A stretch of DNA of 64,000 bases from Amoebidium appalachense (taxonomy: Eukaryota > Protista > Ichthyosporea). This document shows positions 36,644 to 49,997 of the stretch, one piece after another. The position numbers were made by a program, and so were the translations under genes. The notes below the pieces were generated by a model. That model was not told the DNA's origin. It searched no databases and saw nothing but the letters and a program-made list of their open reading frames with translations. Position 1 is the first letter of the stretch. Every line of letters starts with the position of its first letter. The DNA lies in assembly GCA_963693365.1 (NCBI GenBank), contig CAVNZM010000003.1, positions 11,567,651 through 11,631,650 on the forward strand. The letters run 5' to 3'.

Positions 36644-37396
36644 ATCAATAAAGTCATTCTATTTTGTTGAGCATTTCAATAAAGTCATTATATCTCTCCC
36701 ATTCCGAGATATCCTTTCAAATACTTATCTCCTTTATTTTTCTCTTCTACTAGTTATCAGCAGTATGTTACTTGGTTTCTAATCAATATCCTTTGCTTCA
36801 TCGTTGTAATAAAGAGTATCATGGTAGGGCTCTTGAGCCTGTGCTTCTTTTTATATTAGAGACTCGTCTATTTTCTTTACAATCGTTGTGTAAATTAGCT
36901 ACTTATATTTATCCTTCCTCTCGTAAACCTACCACACTTACCGATTTTGCAATTCTAACCCCTCCTTGTGATATAGCTCGGAAATGTTTATTTTGGCGCT
37001 GAAACCTTTGTTTCCATAAATGTTTGTGCCACTTTTGTGCAGAACCTTTTTCTCGTAAACACTTAGATAGATGTATTTATTTATCTCAGATTATTCCGTT
37101 AGAAATTAGAAGACTGGCTTATTTAGATAATCCTGATATTACGTCTTCTCAGTATGCCGTGCATACTTGCATATCTTTCCGTCGAATAAATCCAGTCAAA
37201 AGAAAAAATATTACGTCTATCTGTTGAACCACGGTATGTTTAACGAGTTTTCTAGGGTGTATGATTATTTAAGTCGTTATCTCCTCCGTATCCGAGAGTG
37301 AGGGCTTTTGTATTTTTTCTTCTCCGAGATATCGGTGATATCTCGATGGCTTCTATTTTGTTGAGCATATCAATACCTAAAGTCATTGTAGAAAAA
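36644..37396 (+). mobile_element. LINE-D 3' fragment related to LINE-A
   Basis: TYIYPSSR...LFWR*NLCFHKCLCHFCAEPFSRKHLDRC. A ~65-bp tract at 37143-37208 matches LINE-A at ~9319-9385. Short A tail; 10-bp TSD AACAGGCCAT (36634-36643, 37397-37406). Confidence 0.78.
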
Positions 37397-38285
37397 AACA
37401 GGCCATGGGCAAAAGGTTATCTAAGAAGATTTCTTCGTGGTGCATGCTTGACCAATCAAACCGCGATATAGAAATATTTTGCCCTAAAAAGGTAATATCC
37501 AAGTTCAAAAAAGCGCGGGAGGCTCCGGGAGCTCGAGAGCTGACACAACGACCTTCTGGCACAGGCAAGCCAGACCTGAGACCGCACATTTGCTTTCCCT
37601 TTTATAATTCACGTGAAGAGGTCCCTGCTGCCACTCGATATCCCCCTCCAAAAAAAATTTAATAGTGCAGTCATTTACGGTCTTTGTGGCAACAACTTAG
37701 CGCCAGCTCCTACTCTTTCTTCACTGCATATCATGATACTGTATTTAGGAACCTGAGCGTGCTATGTGAGCTACCATGGATGTCGACTACAACAGCCCCG
37801 CCACAGGGTCTTCACAAGAGCACGACGAGAGGGACGAAAGGGCAATGGCTGTTATAAAGCCTCAGCAGGTTGCCGGGATGCTGCGCAGGTACATATAAAT
37901 GTAATATGTAATAACACGAAAAAAAAAAGTAGAAATTCGAATATGGGTGCACCATTGTTTCATTGCATACGCTCTCCCACTCTCCCAAGCATAACGTTTA
38001 CACAAACCAATACAGAAAGGGAACGATGCACCCCGAAAATTTCGCTGATGTGTGCACTTTCGATCAGCTTTGCACGAGGCCTGTGTCGCATGCTGCTTTT
38101 TCTCCTCTGTTCGAATTCCCTCCATTTTATCATGATCCGAAATTTCTGCTCACCTTCACTTCAGGCTCTCTCAGCATCTGGAGGCTGCACACTCCACCTC
38201 TGGGCTCTCCGATTCCGTCACGGATTTCCAAAACGAAAACGACACCACCACTACTACCAATCACTACAACGTTAACACGGCCGAG

Positions 38286-39042
38286 ATGCTGCCAAACATT
38301 CAAGTAAAACCCACGAGTCCTCGCACCAAGGAAGTCCTTGCTGCTTGCGGCCTGAAGTTCCCAATCACCCCCACGTCAGTCTCACAACATCTGCATGCTC
38401 GCCACCACCTTGAAAAGGCCGGAAACGACTTGCGAAGTTGGGCTCTGAAACACTCGGACAGACATGCCGACGAGGGGGAGCCATATGCTTTCACGCTCAG
38501 CTTGGCGTTTGCTCTGGGTGTGCGTGAGCAGGGATGTGTGGGTGCAGCGAGGCGGGTGATACGTGCGGCCAAGCAGCTTGACAGAGGGCATGTGGACTTC
38601 ACCCCTTGGCTGGGTGAGAGTTTGGCAGATATACAGGTGGCGGAGTTGGGTGAGACGGACCTGGAGGTTGCATTGCTGGTTGTGGCGCACTCGGTGCTGA
38701 AGATGTAAGTGCATCTGTGTGTATGTGTGTGTGTGTGTGTGTGTGTGTCCTTTTTATGGCAATGTGTGGCTGTGTACATGTGTGTGTGTGTATGTGGGCG
38801 TGTGTGTGTGTCAGCGTGTGTGTGTGCGTGTGCGTGTGCGTGTGCGTGTGTGTATGTGTATGTGGATTTGTGTGTGCACTGTGCGTGTGAGTGTGCGTGT
38901 GCGTGTGCGTGTGTGCGTGTACATGTGTGTGTGTTTTGCTTGGTGGGACATCAGGGTCAAAGTATATATCCTCTTATGCGCACGTGGGCCTGGCAGGAAT
39001 TGCAATCAGATAAAAGACCTGTTGACGATCTCAGGACTCTGA
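38286..39042 (+). CDS. Hypothetical protein, ~154 aa, two exons (38286-38704, 38997-39042)
   Basis: Non-repetitive 140-codon ORF ending at a consensus GTAAGT donor, then a (TG)n-filled intron like neighbouring genes, then a phase-compatible acceptor (MNCNQIKDLLTISGL*). No domain recognised; 5' exons possible. Confidence 0.55.
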
Positions 39043-41539
39043 AAACGAACTTTGCTGTGGTAGAGAGTTGATAACCAAGAACAATCGGGCTGCCGAGCCT
39101 GATATATTATGACATGTGGGTAAAGGGGAAGGGGAGCTCGAGGGGGGTGAGGTCAATTTGTTCACCGAGAAAACAAAGACCAATAGAGATACTATCGAAA
39201 CACCAACAGCTAAGACTGTGATGGTGATGGTGGTGCACGTGCACTGATTAGGAGGGGAAGGGGGAGGGGGGAGGGGGGAGGGAGGGGGACAGTGAGGGTA
39301 ATCCACTCAAATAGTCACCGTTGAACCTGATTAAGGTAATGATGTTGGTGTGTGTTGCATCCCATCATTTCAGCTACTGCGTCGGTACGTCTCGTATTCT
39401 TGATACCAGGTTTCCTATTCCTTGCCGTAGTGAGGGAATCTCATGCGGCTTTCTGATTTGCAACAGAGAAGTTGTCGAAGAATTTTGTACAAATATCATA
39501 GTAGGCGGTCATAAAGCAGAACCTACTTGTCAGAATAAAACAGACCCCCCCCCCCCCCCCCCCCCCCCCCCCCGCGGGAGCAAAACAGAATAAAATAAAA
39601 TAAAACTTCAGAACAACATCGTATGATGACCACCATCCCATTTCCACAACAGCTTTCTGGACAGCCTTCAGATCCAGAAAATCCAAGAGGCGTGGGCCGC
39701 ACACGACCACACCAACATGGACCTTTACCATTCACCAACCACGAGCCCAAAGAAACACCCCCTCGCCATCTCAAAAGGGTAGGTGCAAATGCACACACCA
39801 ATTGAGCACCATTTTTTACGTAACACTCGGGGCCTACGAAAACAAAAAAAATAGTGATAGTCTCTTCTACGAATCACTTCTGCAAAAACACTTGGAAATT
39901 TTTCTTAAATGTGCTGGGTCCTGCCAGGATTTCCCGCCAATGCCCACAGACCCACCACGTGCGTGCACGTGCACAGCAACCACTGACCACCCGGCCGACT
40001 CCATTTCAATACCTCCCCACCCCCCACACACAATTTTTTTAACACGACTCGGTCACAATGTCGTTCCATGCTCACTGCCTACAGCACGGAATGAATTGAA
40101 TTTCGTGTATCCGCGCACAGTCACAAGTTTCAAGGCGCGTCTTGCCTATTGTACATAACAAAACCTACACGGTCTCACGGAATTACACCCACATGATTCA
40201 TGCTACAAGCAACCCCGTCATCATCCATTGTCTCTGTTGGCCGCTCCTACCCCATTATATAACGAATCAAGAGCCTGCATTACAAGTTGGGGGAGAATCA
40301 AGCACAGGCTGTGTGTGTGTGTTTGTCTGTGTGTGTGTGTGTGTGTGTTTGCGTGGGGAGGGCCGTGGGTGGATACTATGCATCTGCGGGAAGGGGCAAA
40401 AGAAAAACTTATAAGAAAGAAAGCAGCAGCAACACTATCCTAGCTGATTTTTGGATGGGGGCAACAGAAAGGAGAACAGATTGCACAGCTCTGGGGAGCA
40501 TCACACAATGAGGCAGATGCATGCACAGGACATGGACTCACTGCAAGTGCTGGCCATGTGCCTGCAGACATCAAGACCCCTGGGCTACTGAACTTTTAAT
40601 GTGTGTAGCCTAGTAGCTACTTGAGATAGAATAAGTACTTGAGCTCACCATCCTTCCAGCTGCATACCATTTAACAGCACATTGATTTTGGTGCATGGGC
40701 AAAGCTGCTAAAGTTGAACACCTTCACACTGTGGGTGCAAATATCATTGGCATATCATTTCATGGGTAGCATAGCAAGTCACATCACACACACAATCGCC
40801 AACAGTTGCAGCATCCGCTTTTCAAATTGGACTACTTAATTAGTGCAGCTCAAGTTAAGAAACACGTACTGTACACTAGCTACGGGGTGCATGCACATAC
40901 ATTCACACATGCAAGAATCAACATTAACCATGACAAACAAACTGAGGATGTGCGTACATGTTTAGGTCAAGCCTTAGAGTTGGTGTCTTTTATTTCCCCC
41001 ATTGTAACTGCTGCTAGCACAGTGCAGCTGATATATGCATCACAAAATAAAACAACTTCTATGGCTAGGCAGCCAGTCCCCCCCCCCCTCCCCGCCTTAT
41101 TCGCTGCTGGTGCACACATAGTTGTGTCTATACACACTCTTCCAAACTGCACCTCGTGATTCTTGTTCAACCTAAAACCTCCATACACATCAATTTTCTC
41201 CCAACCCTACCACGATCACACCCACATCATCGCTCACTAAACACATTCATACATGTGATTCCGAATCACTCCACCCTGTACACATAGTTTCCAACCTTGA
41301 GCGGGAAGGGTACACTCCATGGTTACAGCTTTAAACTAAACTTCGACACGCACTTGCACAAGTTATGTCAGTGTAACAGAAAGGGTAACCCACACCATTG
41401 TCATTGTAACATATGATACCTCAATGAAACATTATCATCAATAAACGGCAACAACCCCTTATCATATCATTTATCAAATATAACAGGCCCATACTTTTAT
41501 ATATTGATTGGGCGACAGTACCTAATATAACCACTAACA

Positions 41540-42125
41540 CTAGAACAGAGGGGCCACACCCCATGGTTTCAGGCACCTAGCCACGGCTTTTGGTGCTGTA
41601 GCGTATGAGAGCAGTAGGCCGTAGTTAGTCACGGGCACCCCTGCCTCGACTAGATCATCCACACGGGCTATCATCTTTTGCACGTCAAGCATGCAGCCCC
41701 CGCAGTGCACGGCAAGAGCGTAGCGGTGCGCATTCTCCTCCGACTGCAAGGGGTTCAGTTGTTATATTATAGTCATGTAATATATTTGATGAAAAAAGTA
41801 CTTGCCTCTTCTGGTAATCTAATCATTTCCCCCTCCTAGTCTTTACTTTTCACCATAGGCTATGATGGAAAGTTGGTGCTCCCATGGTATTAAGAGGTGT
41901 ATGCCCGATGATCCCTGCTTGTTTAAAGTAACTTGCCCGAGAGGTACCCCCTTCCTCTAAGAGATAGTGAGCAGGTGGCTGGGTGGGTGGTATGGATCAC
42001 TGCTTGCCAACTATGGTACGTTCTCGGAACGAAGATGTGCACCAAAGGAGAGAGGGTGTGTGTGCGTTGGGGGGAGGGGGGAAGGGGGTGGAGGAGGAAT
42101 TGGGTGGGGAGGAGGGGGAGGCGGG

Positions 42126-42161
<36 letters not shown>

Positions 42162-42851
42162 GAGTGGGGGAAGGGGAGAGGTGGTAATGGTGCTGGGTGG
42201 GTGATGGTGGTGGTTGTTGAAGTGGGGGGTGGGGGGTGGGGGGGTGGGGGGGAAAAGGGAGAGCCACGAACCTGCATGTCAGGGAACTCTCTGCCAAAGG
42301 CGTGCTCGACCAGGATCTTGTTCTCCCCATACATCGCATTGATCTTCTGGGGTATCTGCACCGTGGATATGTCGTTGCAGATGTCTGTCACCTGATAACG
42401 TAGTCAGTAAAATGTGCACGGGGGGGCCCACTTGGGGAAGAGGAAAGGTGCCCAGAAGAAAGAGGGAGGAGGAAGGGGGGAGGGGGGGGAAGGGGGGGGG
42501 GGGGGGGGGGGGGAAGGGGGGGAGTTGGGAGAGGCGGCAATAGACAGCATGGGTTGGATTGCGGTATACAGCACATTCTTTTTATGATTACTGTATTATG
42601 CACCATCCGGCCCGTTCAATTAAGTATGTGCACTCTCCTGGTTCCTCTGCATGGCATATAACACAACGGCTTGGAGCTCAGTGTTTTCAAAAACCGTGCA
42701 TGTGCATTTGTGTGTGTTTATTGTGAGCCCGCCCGCATACCCCCTTGGGTTCGTGTGCATGTGTGCATGCACCGGATGGATGCGATGAAGAGTAAAGTCG
42801 TCCACTTCGGTGTCCCCTTTTTCTTCCCTGATTTCCCCCCCTATTTTTCTT

Positions 42852-42882
<31 letters not shown>

Positions 42883-43218
42883 GATTTGAGTGTGTGCGGA
42901 GAGGGAGTAGAAAAGAGGAGGACGGCACTTTACCTTGTTGTGATTACAAGCCTCTGAAATCAGCACGCGGTCACCCGGTTTCAGCCCGTTGAAAGCCCTC
43001 AGGCCCTCGACAAACACGGGCAGCTGGCCTGCACTCTGGCGGTTGATCATTGCAATAGAGAATGTCGTGATGTCGACTAGCTCCTCACCGGTGCGCGGGT
43101 CTAGTGTCCATGGGTGCACAATATCAATAGCCTGTGTGGGTGAAAACGGGCATCAGTATCGGTGGGTGTTTGGTGATTGGTATGGAAACGGGGCCCCGGG
43201 GGGGGGGGGGGGGGGGGG

Positions 43219-43256
<38 letters not shown>

Positions 43257-43545
43257 TGATGGAATTCAAGGAAGAATAGTGTGTCGTGTATAATAAATAA
43301 GGTTGGGTATGCGTATGGAAGAATAGCTATTACCTAGGGAGTCCTGGATAGAGGGCATGGGTACTGAGGCCCAAAGAGGCAAGGAAACACTACGTACGAG
43401 GGGGGAGGCGGGAAGGGGGAGAGGGGGGGGAAGGGGGGGGGGGGGGGGGGGGAGGGGGGAGGGATGGGGGCTTGAGAACATTTGTTATTGTTGGCAAATA
43501 AATATAAAAGAGAATTGAGTAACCGAAATAGGGGAAGAGAGTGAA

Positions 43546-43578
<33 letters not shown>

Positions 43579-43756
43579 GGCAGTATAATGAAAGAAAAAC
43601 AAGCTCTTTGCAAGGGAGAGGGAGGATAGAGGGGGGGAGGAGGGCTGGTTTGGGGAGAAAGAAGGGAGGGAGAGAAAGAGAGAGAGGGCGCGGGGGGGGG
43701 GGGGGGGGGGGGGGGGAGGGGGGGGGGGAGGAGGGAAGGGGGGGAGAGAGCGAGAG

Positions 43757-43805
<49 letters not shown>

Positions 43806-44056
43806 AAGGGAAAAAGAGAGAGAGGGAGGGAGGGAGGGGCGGAGGAAGTGGAGGCAGGGGGTCTTCAGCCGCACCTGTGAGTCAGTTATGAGCAGGGAGG
43901 GCCCGTCATTTCTTAGCAGGGGCTCCAGGCATCGCATGAACCGTGATCTCTCCCTCTCCCTGTCAGCAGCATTCTGACTACGGGCAAGACTAAGGTCCAT
44001 GCGGTAGGCTGTGGTGGTACCGTAGTGCCGGATGGTTTCCTCCTGTACCATGGCCT

Positions 44057-44095
<39 letters not shown>

Positions 44096-44400
44096 GAAGG
44101 AGGGAAGGAGGGTGGAAGGAGGGGAAGGGGGGAAGGGGGAGGGGGAGGGGGAAGGTGTGGTGGAAGGAGGGGAGCGGGATGGGGAGACGGGAGAGGGCGG
44201 GGCGGAAGGGGGAGGGGGGGGGGGGAGGTGGGAGGGGGGGGGAGGGGGTGGTTAAGGGGTAAGAATAAGTTACACTATGCGAAGAACACAATTTAGGTAT
44301 ACAAAAGTTAGTTGAGATGATGAATTGTATGTATTTGCAAACTGACCAGAGCCCAATCTCGGGGTCAAGTACAAACTCAAATGTGTGTGTGTGTGTGTAT

Positions 44401-44453
<53 letters not shown>

Positions 44454-44701
44454 CGTGTGCGTGTGTGTGTGTGTTGGTGCAACACACTGCATGTCAGAAA
44501 TGAAATCCCATGTCTGTGGGTAGAAAACGAACATGCACGGTAAGGAACCGGGCAGCACTACGAGTTGTTTCCAATTCTATTTGCTCTTTTTCTTTTTGTG
44601 AGGCATTGGGGGGCGTGGGGGTGGGGTTGGACAGGATGGTGCAGTGTGTGCCTGTGGGGTGTGGCAAAGATCGGGGAAGTGCATGTGCATGTAAGTGTGT
44701 G

Positions 44702-44751
<50 letters not shown>

Positions 44752-45159
44752 TGAGTGGGGAAGGAGGGAGGAGGGGTATGGAAGGGGTGGGAAAAGGGAA
44801 GAAAGGTACCTGAGGGCGCAAAAGGCGGCCCTGTGGCGTCTCTGCATCCATCGGGATGTTCATGAAGACGAGTGAGTCCCTGTTGAGATACTTGGGGGGT
44901 AAGACGGGGGGCACCTTGAATGCATGCCGCCCACCCTTTGTCGTCAATGCTTGCTGGATCCACCCCGTCACCTGCTCAAAAAAAGAAAATGGGTGTAGAA
45001 AGTGCGGCGTTAGAACGAACATACTGTAAACGTACAGAGGGAAGTGTCAGCGGATAAGTCAAAGAGAAGGCAGCGTGAGACAGTGGATAACATGCCTTGC
45101 ACGCAATTTCTTCTTCGCCAGTCAAAGAGAGGATGTGCTGACAGTATATTGCAAGCCCC

Positions 45160-45190
<31 letters not shown>

Positions 45191-45341
45191 AAAAAAAAAA
45201 AAAAAAAAGACACAAACACACACCCTCACCCACCACAAACAAACCCCGGCCAAATTGCCAACAGCCACACGCACATCCCCCCTTCCCCTCCCCCCCCCCC
45301 CCCCCCCCCCCCCCCTTTTTTTTTTGTCCCCCCCCCCCCCC

Positions 45342-45373
<32 letters not shown>

Positions 45374-45479
45374 AAACACACCCCCGCCCCCACACAGACA
45401 CAAATAATCCTAAACCATCCCAGCCGAGATGCACAGCCAGATGCACGTGCGAGCACTGTCACCTCCAACCCCCCCCCCC

Positions 45480-45510
<31 letters not shown>

Positions 45511-45870
45511 ACACACACGCACACACACACTCCCCCCCAAACACACACATCCACATCCACAAACAAGGAGATACACGAAAACGCGTTCGGACACACACAC
45601 ACACACAAACACACACACATACGCACACACACACACACACACACACATCCACCCACCCACGCACCTGCTGGCCCGTCTCCGGGTTGCTCAGGTCCAGGGC
45701 CAGAGAGGCAAACCTTGCCTCAGGGTCCAACATCTGTCGTGTGTGCTGCAGCAGTGCATTGGCCTTGCCCTGTGGAGTTCCGTTAGGCACCATGTACCCC
45801 AGTCTCCCCCCCCCCCTCCCCCCCCCCCCCCCCCCCCCCCCCAACACATACACACATACACACACAAAAC

Positions 45871-45907
<37 letters not shown>

Positions 45908-47498
45908 AAAAAAGAAAGAGAGAAAGGAAAAAACCAAACAAACAAACCTAACAAACAAACCAAGGAATACGAAAACGAGAGAAAGGACGAAACGACAGTA
46001 AAGCCCTCAAGTCCGCTTTCCAGCCCATCCATGCCATCCCACACCAGCCCAACCCAGCACCCCGATTTTTCGAGTCATTCAGGGGGCAGGACGATGGTAA
46101 TGTAAAATGAGTGTATGTGTGAGGAGGGAGGGGGGGAAGGGGGGAGGGGGAGGGTAGGTGCTGGTGGTGGTGATGGCGGTGTGTGTGTGTGTGTGCGTGG
46201 TGGTGGTGGTGATGGTGGTGATGGCAGTGTGCGTGTGTGTGTGTGTGGGGAGGGGGGGGGCGGAGGGGGGGGGGGGATAGGGTATTACTTTGAATGGGCG
46301 CATTGGCGTATGCATGTGTGTGTGTGTGGGAAGGGGGGGGGGGGGGTGGGGGGGGTGGGGGGGGGGGAGGGGGATAGGGTGTTACTTTGGATGGGTGCAT
46401 TGGTGTATGCATGTGTGTGTGTGTGTGAGGGGGGGGGGGGGGGGGGGGGGGGGAGGGGGGGGAAGGGGGGGTGGTGGTGGAGGAGGGAGGACAAGGTTAG
46501 GGCCGGTCGGGTGTGTGTGTGTGTGTGTGTGTTTTGTGTGTGTGTATGTGTGTGTGTGTGCGGGCGGGGGGGGGGGGGGGGGGGGGGGGAGGGGGGAGGG
46601 GGGGGGGGGGGGGGGTGAGGAAGTGGGGAAGACGGGTTTTGCATGAGTGCATGCGCGTTCTTACATACATTGAAAGGGCTCGAACTGGGTGGGTCGTGGC
46701 GCTGTGATTCATGGTATGGTGCATAGTTTGTGTAGGAATATATGCAAGTGTATGTGCAGAGGGCAGCTAAAAGGGAAAGGGAGGACGGCAGGAGGGGGGG
46801 GGGGGCACACGCCCATGAGTGAGGGGAAAAAGAAGGAATAGCACCTTTTGCTACAAAGCTCCAAAGGCAAGGCAATGCACATGGGGTTATTCTACTTACG
46901 GGGAGTGCACGTGTGTTGTAGACCACCAGGATCTGCCTGTCTTTCTTGGCCGCTGCTTGAAGAAGCTCACGTTCCCATGCAAGGTCCCTGTGTGCAACAC
47001 AGCATTCAATGTTTAGCAAAATGTCTGCTGCTAGGATTGCTAGTTTGTAAGGTTTGACTATGAAAGAACGGGTGGGTGAATGGTGGATGGGGATGTTCGT
47101 GGTGGGAAGTAGTGGGGGAGGGCAAGAGATGAAGATTATGAAAATGAACGAGTCATAAAGAGGCTATTTATTATGTGGTTGGTCTACAAGACCAATCAAA
47201 TCGTGCCGGCAGTATTGTGTAACATACACTTGCGTCATTTGTGTTACGATAGGGTTACAATGAGTCACTGCTATAATGCTGTAGTATTAAAGGATCAAAG
47301 AATATTACTAATGTTATGATAAGAAGGCTGGTAAGATAAGTGCCGGACTACAAATGGATAAAGGGGCACACCAATCTAGTCAATGCAGGTCACTATCAAA
47401 TGACAAATTAGTCTCTGTATGCTGTACCACCCCCCTCCCCACCTATCACTAATCAATCATCCACCATCCCAAACCTGCTCCATCCACCCCCTCTCACC

Positions 47499-47532
<34 letters not shown>

Positions 47533-48726
47533 CCCCTCCCCCCTTCACACATGCGTGTTGTACCTTGCATGCTCCCTCGTCGGGTCCACCACAAGCACAG
47601 CTACATCTGTCTCCTTGAGTACACCCAGTGTCTTTCTCCTCTTCTTCTCCCCAAGCATCCCCTCTTCGTCTATCCCCGCCGTGTCGAACAGTTTGACTGG
47701 TCCCAGGTCGTGCAGTTCCATCAGAGCAATTTTCGTGTCTGCTGTCGTGCCGGGCGTAGAGTCCACCTGTGTCTCGCCTGGTCACCACCACTACCACTCC
47801 TGAAAACATCTCCAACCCCCCCCCCTCCCCCCCCCCCTCCCCCCTCCCCCTCAACCGCCACCACCACCACCACCACCACCCACTCTCTAAACACAGAACA
47901 GACGCCGACCCTACCAAAACTAGAACAGTAATAATAAATCGTAAAAGACATTTCTTATGTTTGTCGTCAAAAATAACCATGCAATTGCGATGGGAAGCAC
48001 GATCAGGTGCTGTGTGGGGCACGCACAATTGATGTCTCCTGTCGTGTGATGCGGTTCATAAGCGTAGACTTTCCGGCGTTCATAGCACCAAACAGGCCAA
48101 TGTTAAGCCTGGGCATGTGTGTGGCCTGAGGGCCCATAAGGGTGGCCCCTTTGTTGGCTGCGGCGGCTTCCTGGCCCTGAGCTAGAACCTGACGGCTGGT
48201 GTGTAGATGACGTGCACTGGTGTGGTACATGCGCGTACCTGCGGTGGTGAATCGTGGATATTAGAATGGGTGCCTTTGGGGGGGGAGGGGGGGGGAGGAG
48301 GGGGAGGGGGGGGAGGGGGGAGGGGGGGGGGGGGGAGGGGGTTGAGATGAGAATAGGTTCCATGGAACGGGAAGGAGGGGTGGGTGTGCGGGTGGGGGAG
48401 TGGTGAGGGGGCAGGGCAAGGGGGGGGAGGGGGGGGGGGGGGAGGGGAGAGGGAATCGGATGGGTGGATGTGGAAAGCTGGAGGAACTGTTTGTTTGGGC
48501 TCTAAGGTCATATGCACAGGGTTTATGTTTTACAGCCTGTGTGTGTGTGTGTGTGTGTGTGCCTGGTTTGTGTGCTGATGCTAAAGGATACTCCGGCCGA
48601 CACTGGGGTGGGTAGAGGCAGAGGTGCGGGCTTTTCGCCTTCTTTGCAACTATACGTATGTGTTTCTGTCTGTGTGTGTGTGTGTGTTGGAAGGGGGGGA
48701 GGGGGGGGGGGGAGGAGAGGGGGCCA

Positions 48727-48768
<42 letters not shown>

Positions 48769-48905
48769 GGGGAGAGGGGGGAAGGAGGGGGGCTTCTTGA
48801 TTTTAAACAAGGAAGAAAAAACCATTAAACTACAACACAAACCAACCTGTGTGCATGGAAGTTCAAAAGAATAGACGAGGCTTTGTGCACCGGGGGGTAA
48901 GGAAA

Positions 48906-48943
<38 letters not shown>

Positions 48944-49581
48944 GTGATGAGACACCAAAAGACAAAACACGAACGGGAAGGGGGGGGGGGGGGGGGGGGG
49001 GGAGGCGCGGGGGAGCAAGGGAAGGGGGAGCTTGGCGTACCAGGAGGTGTGTTTCGTCCCGTCACAGGGTTAAAGAAATGAGGGGGGTCTGCCCATATTC
49101 CATCCTTGATCCTCTTGCCCACCATGTTAACACGGAGGGACAGGCAGCTACGGCACTCCTCTGCCGTATCTGTGATGCAGGGTTTACCCTCGTACAGCTG
49201 GTAGTCTACCCGGTATTTAGTCGGGGTAAGGATGGGCATCATGACGTTGGCTCCTCGGCGTAGTGCAATTTCACGACCGTTGGGTTTGATTGCCTGTGTG
49301 ATGGGTGGGGTAGGTGGGTGAGTGGGGAGGTGCGGAGGGGGGCAGAGTGGTGGGGTGGGATAACTGGAACTGTAGGGTGGGGGTTGGGGGGAGGGGGGCG
49401 GGGGGGGGGGGGGGGGAGGGGAGGGGAGGGGCGGGGGGTAGAGGGGGAAGGGGGGGGGGGGGGAGAGCTGGAGCAGGGGGGAGGGGAGGGGGAATGGGTG
49501 GGTGGGTGGGTAGGTGGTGGTGTTAAGGGTGAGGGAGAGGGGGGGGGGGGGGGGGGAGGTAGTGTGCATGTATGAAGAGGA

Positions 49582-49615
<34 letters not shown>

Positions 49616-49954
49616 TGAAAGGGAAGGGGTGTGTGTAGGTGAAGGTGAATTGGGAGGTGGTGGGGGTAATAGGAGGCAGCGGGAGGGGGGGGGGGCGGGG
49701 GGGGGGGGGGGGGGGGGGGGTGTGAGGTAGATGGAGCGAGGGGCGGCGGTGCTTCTGATCGTTTCAAGTGTTTATGTGTGTGTGTGTGCGTGTGCGTGTC
49801 TACGGACGTGCATGTTCGTGAGGCTATGTGTGTGTGTGGGCCCAGGGTGGGTGGGTGCGGGCGAGGGGGTCGGTGGATGGTTCATTATTTGTATGTATTT
49901 GTTTGCGTTGCGTGTGAGCCTGCATGCTGCAGAGCTTGGGGCTTTTTTTTTTTT

Positions 49955-49997
<43 letters not shown>

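Noticed and set aside
39441-40500. Complex-sequence ORFs between the hypothetical gene and HYDEF
   Set aside because: No consistent exon chain or recognisable domain on either strand.
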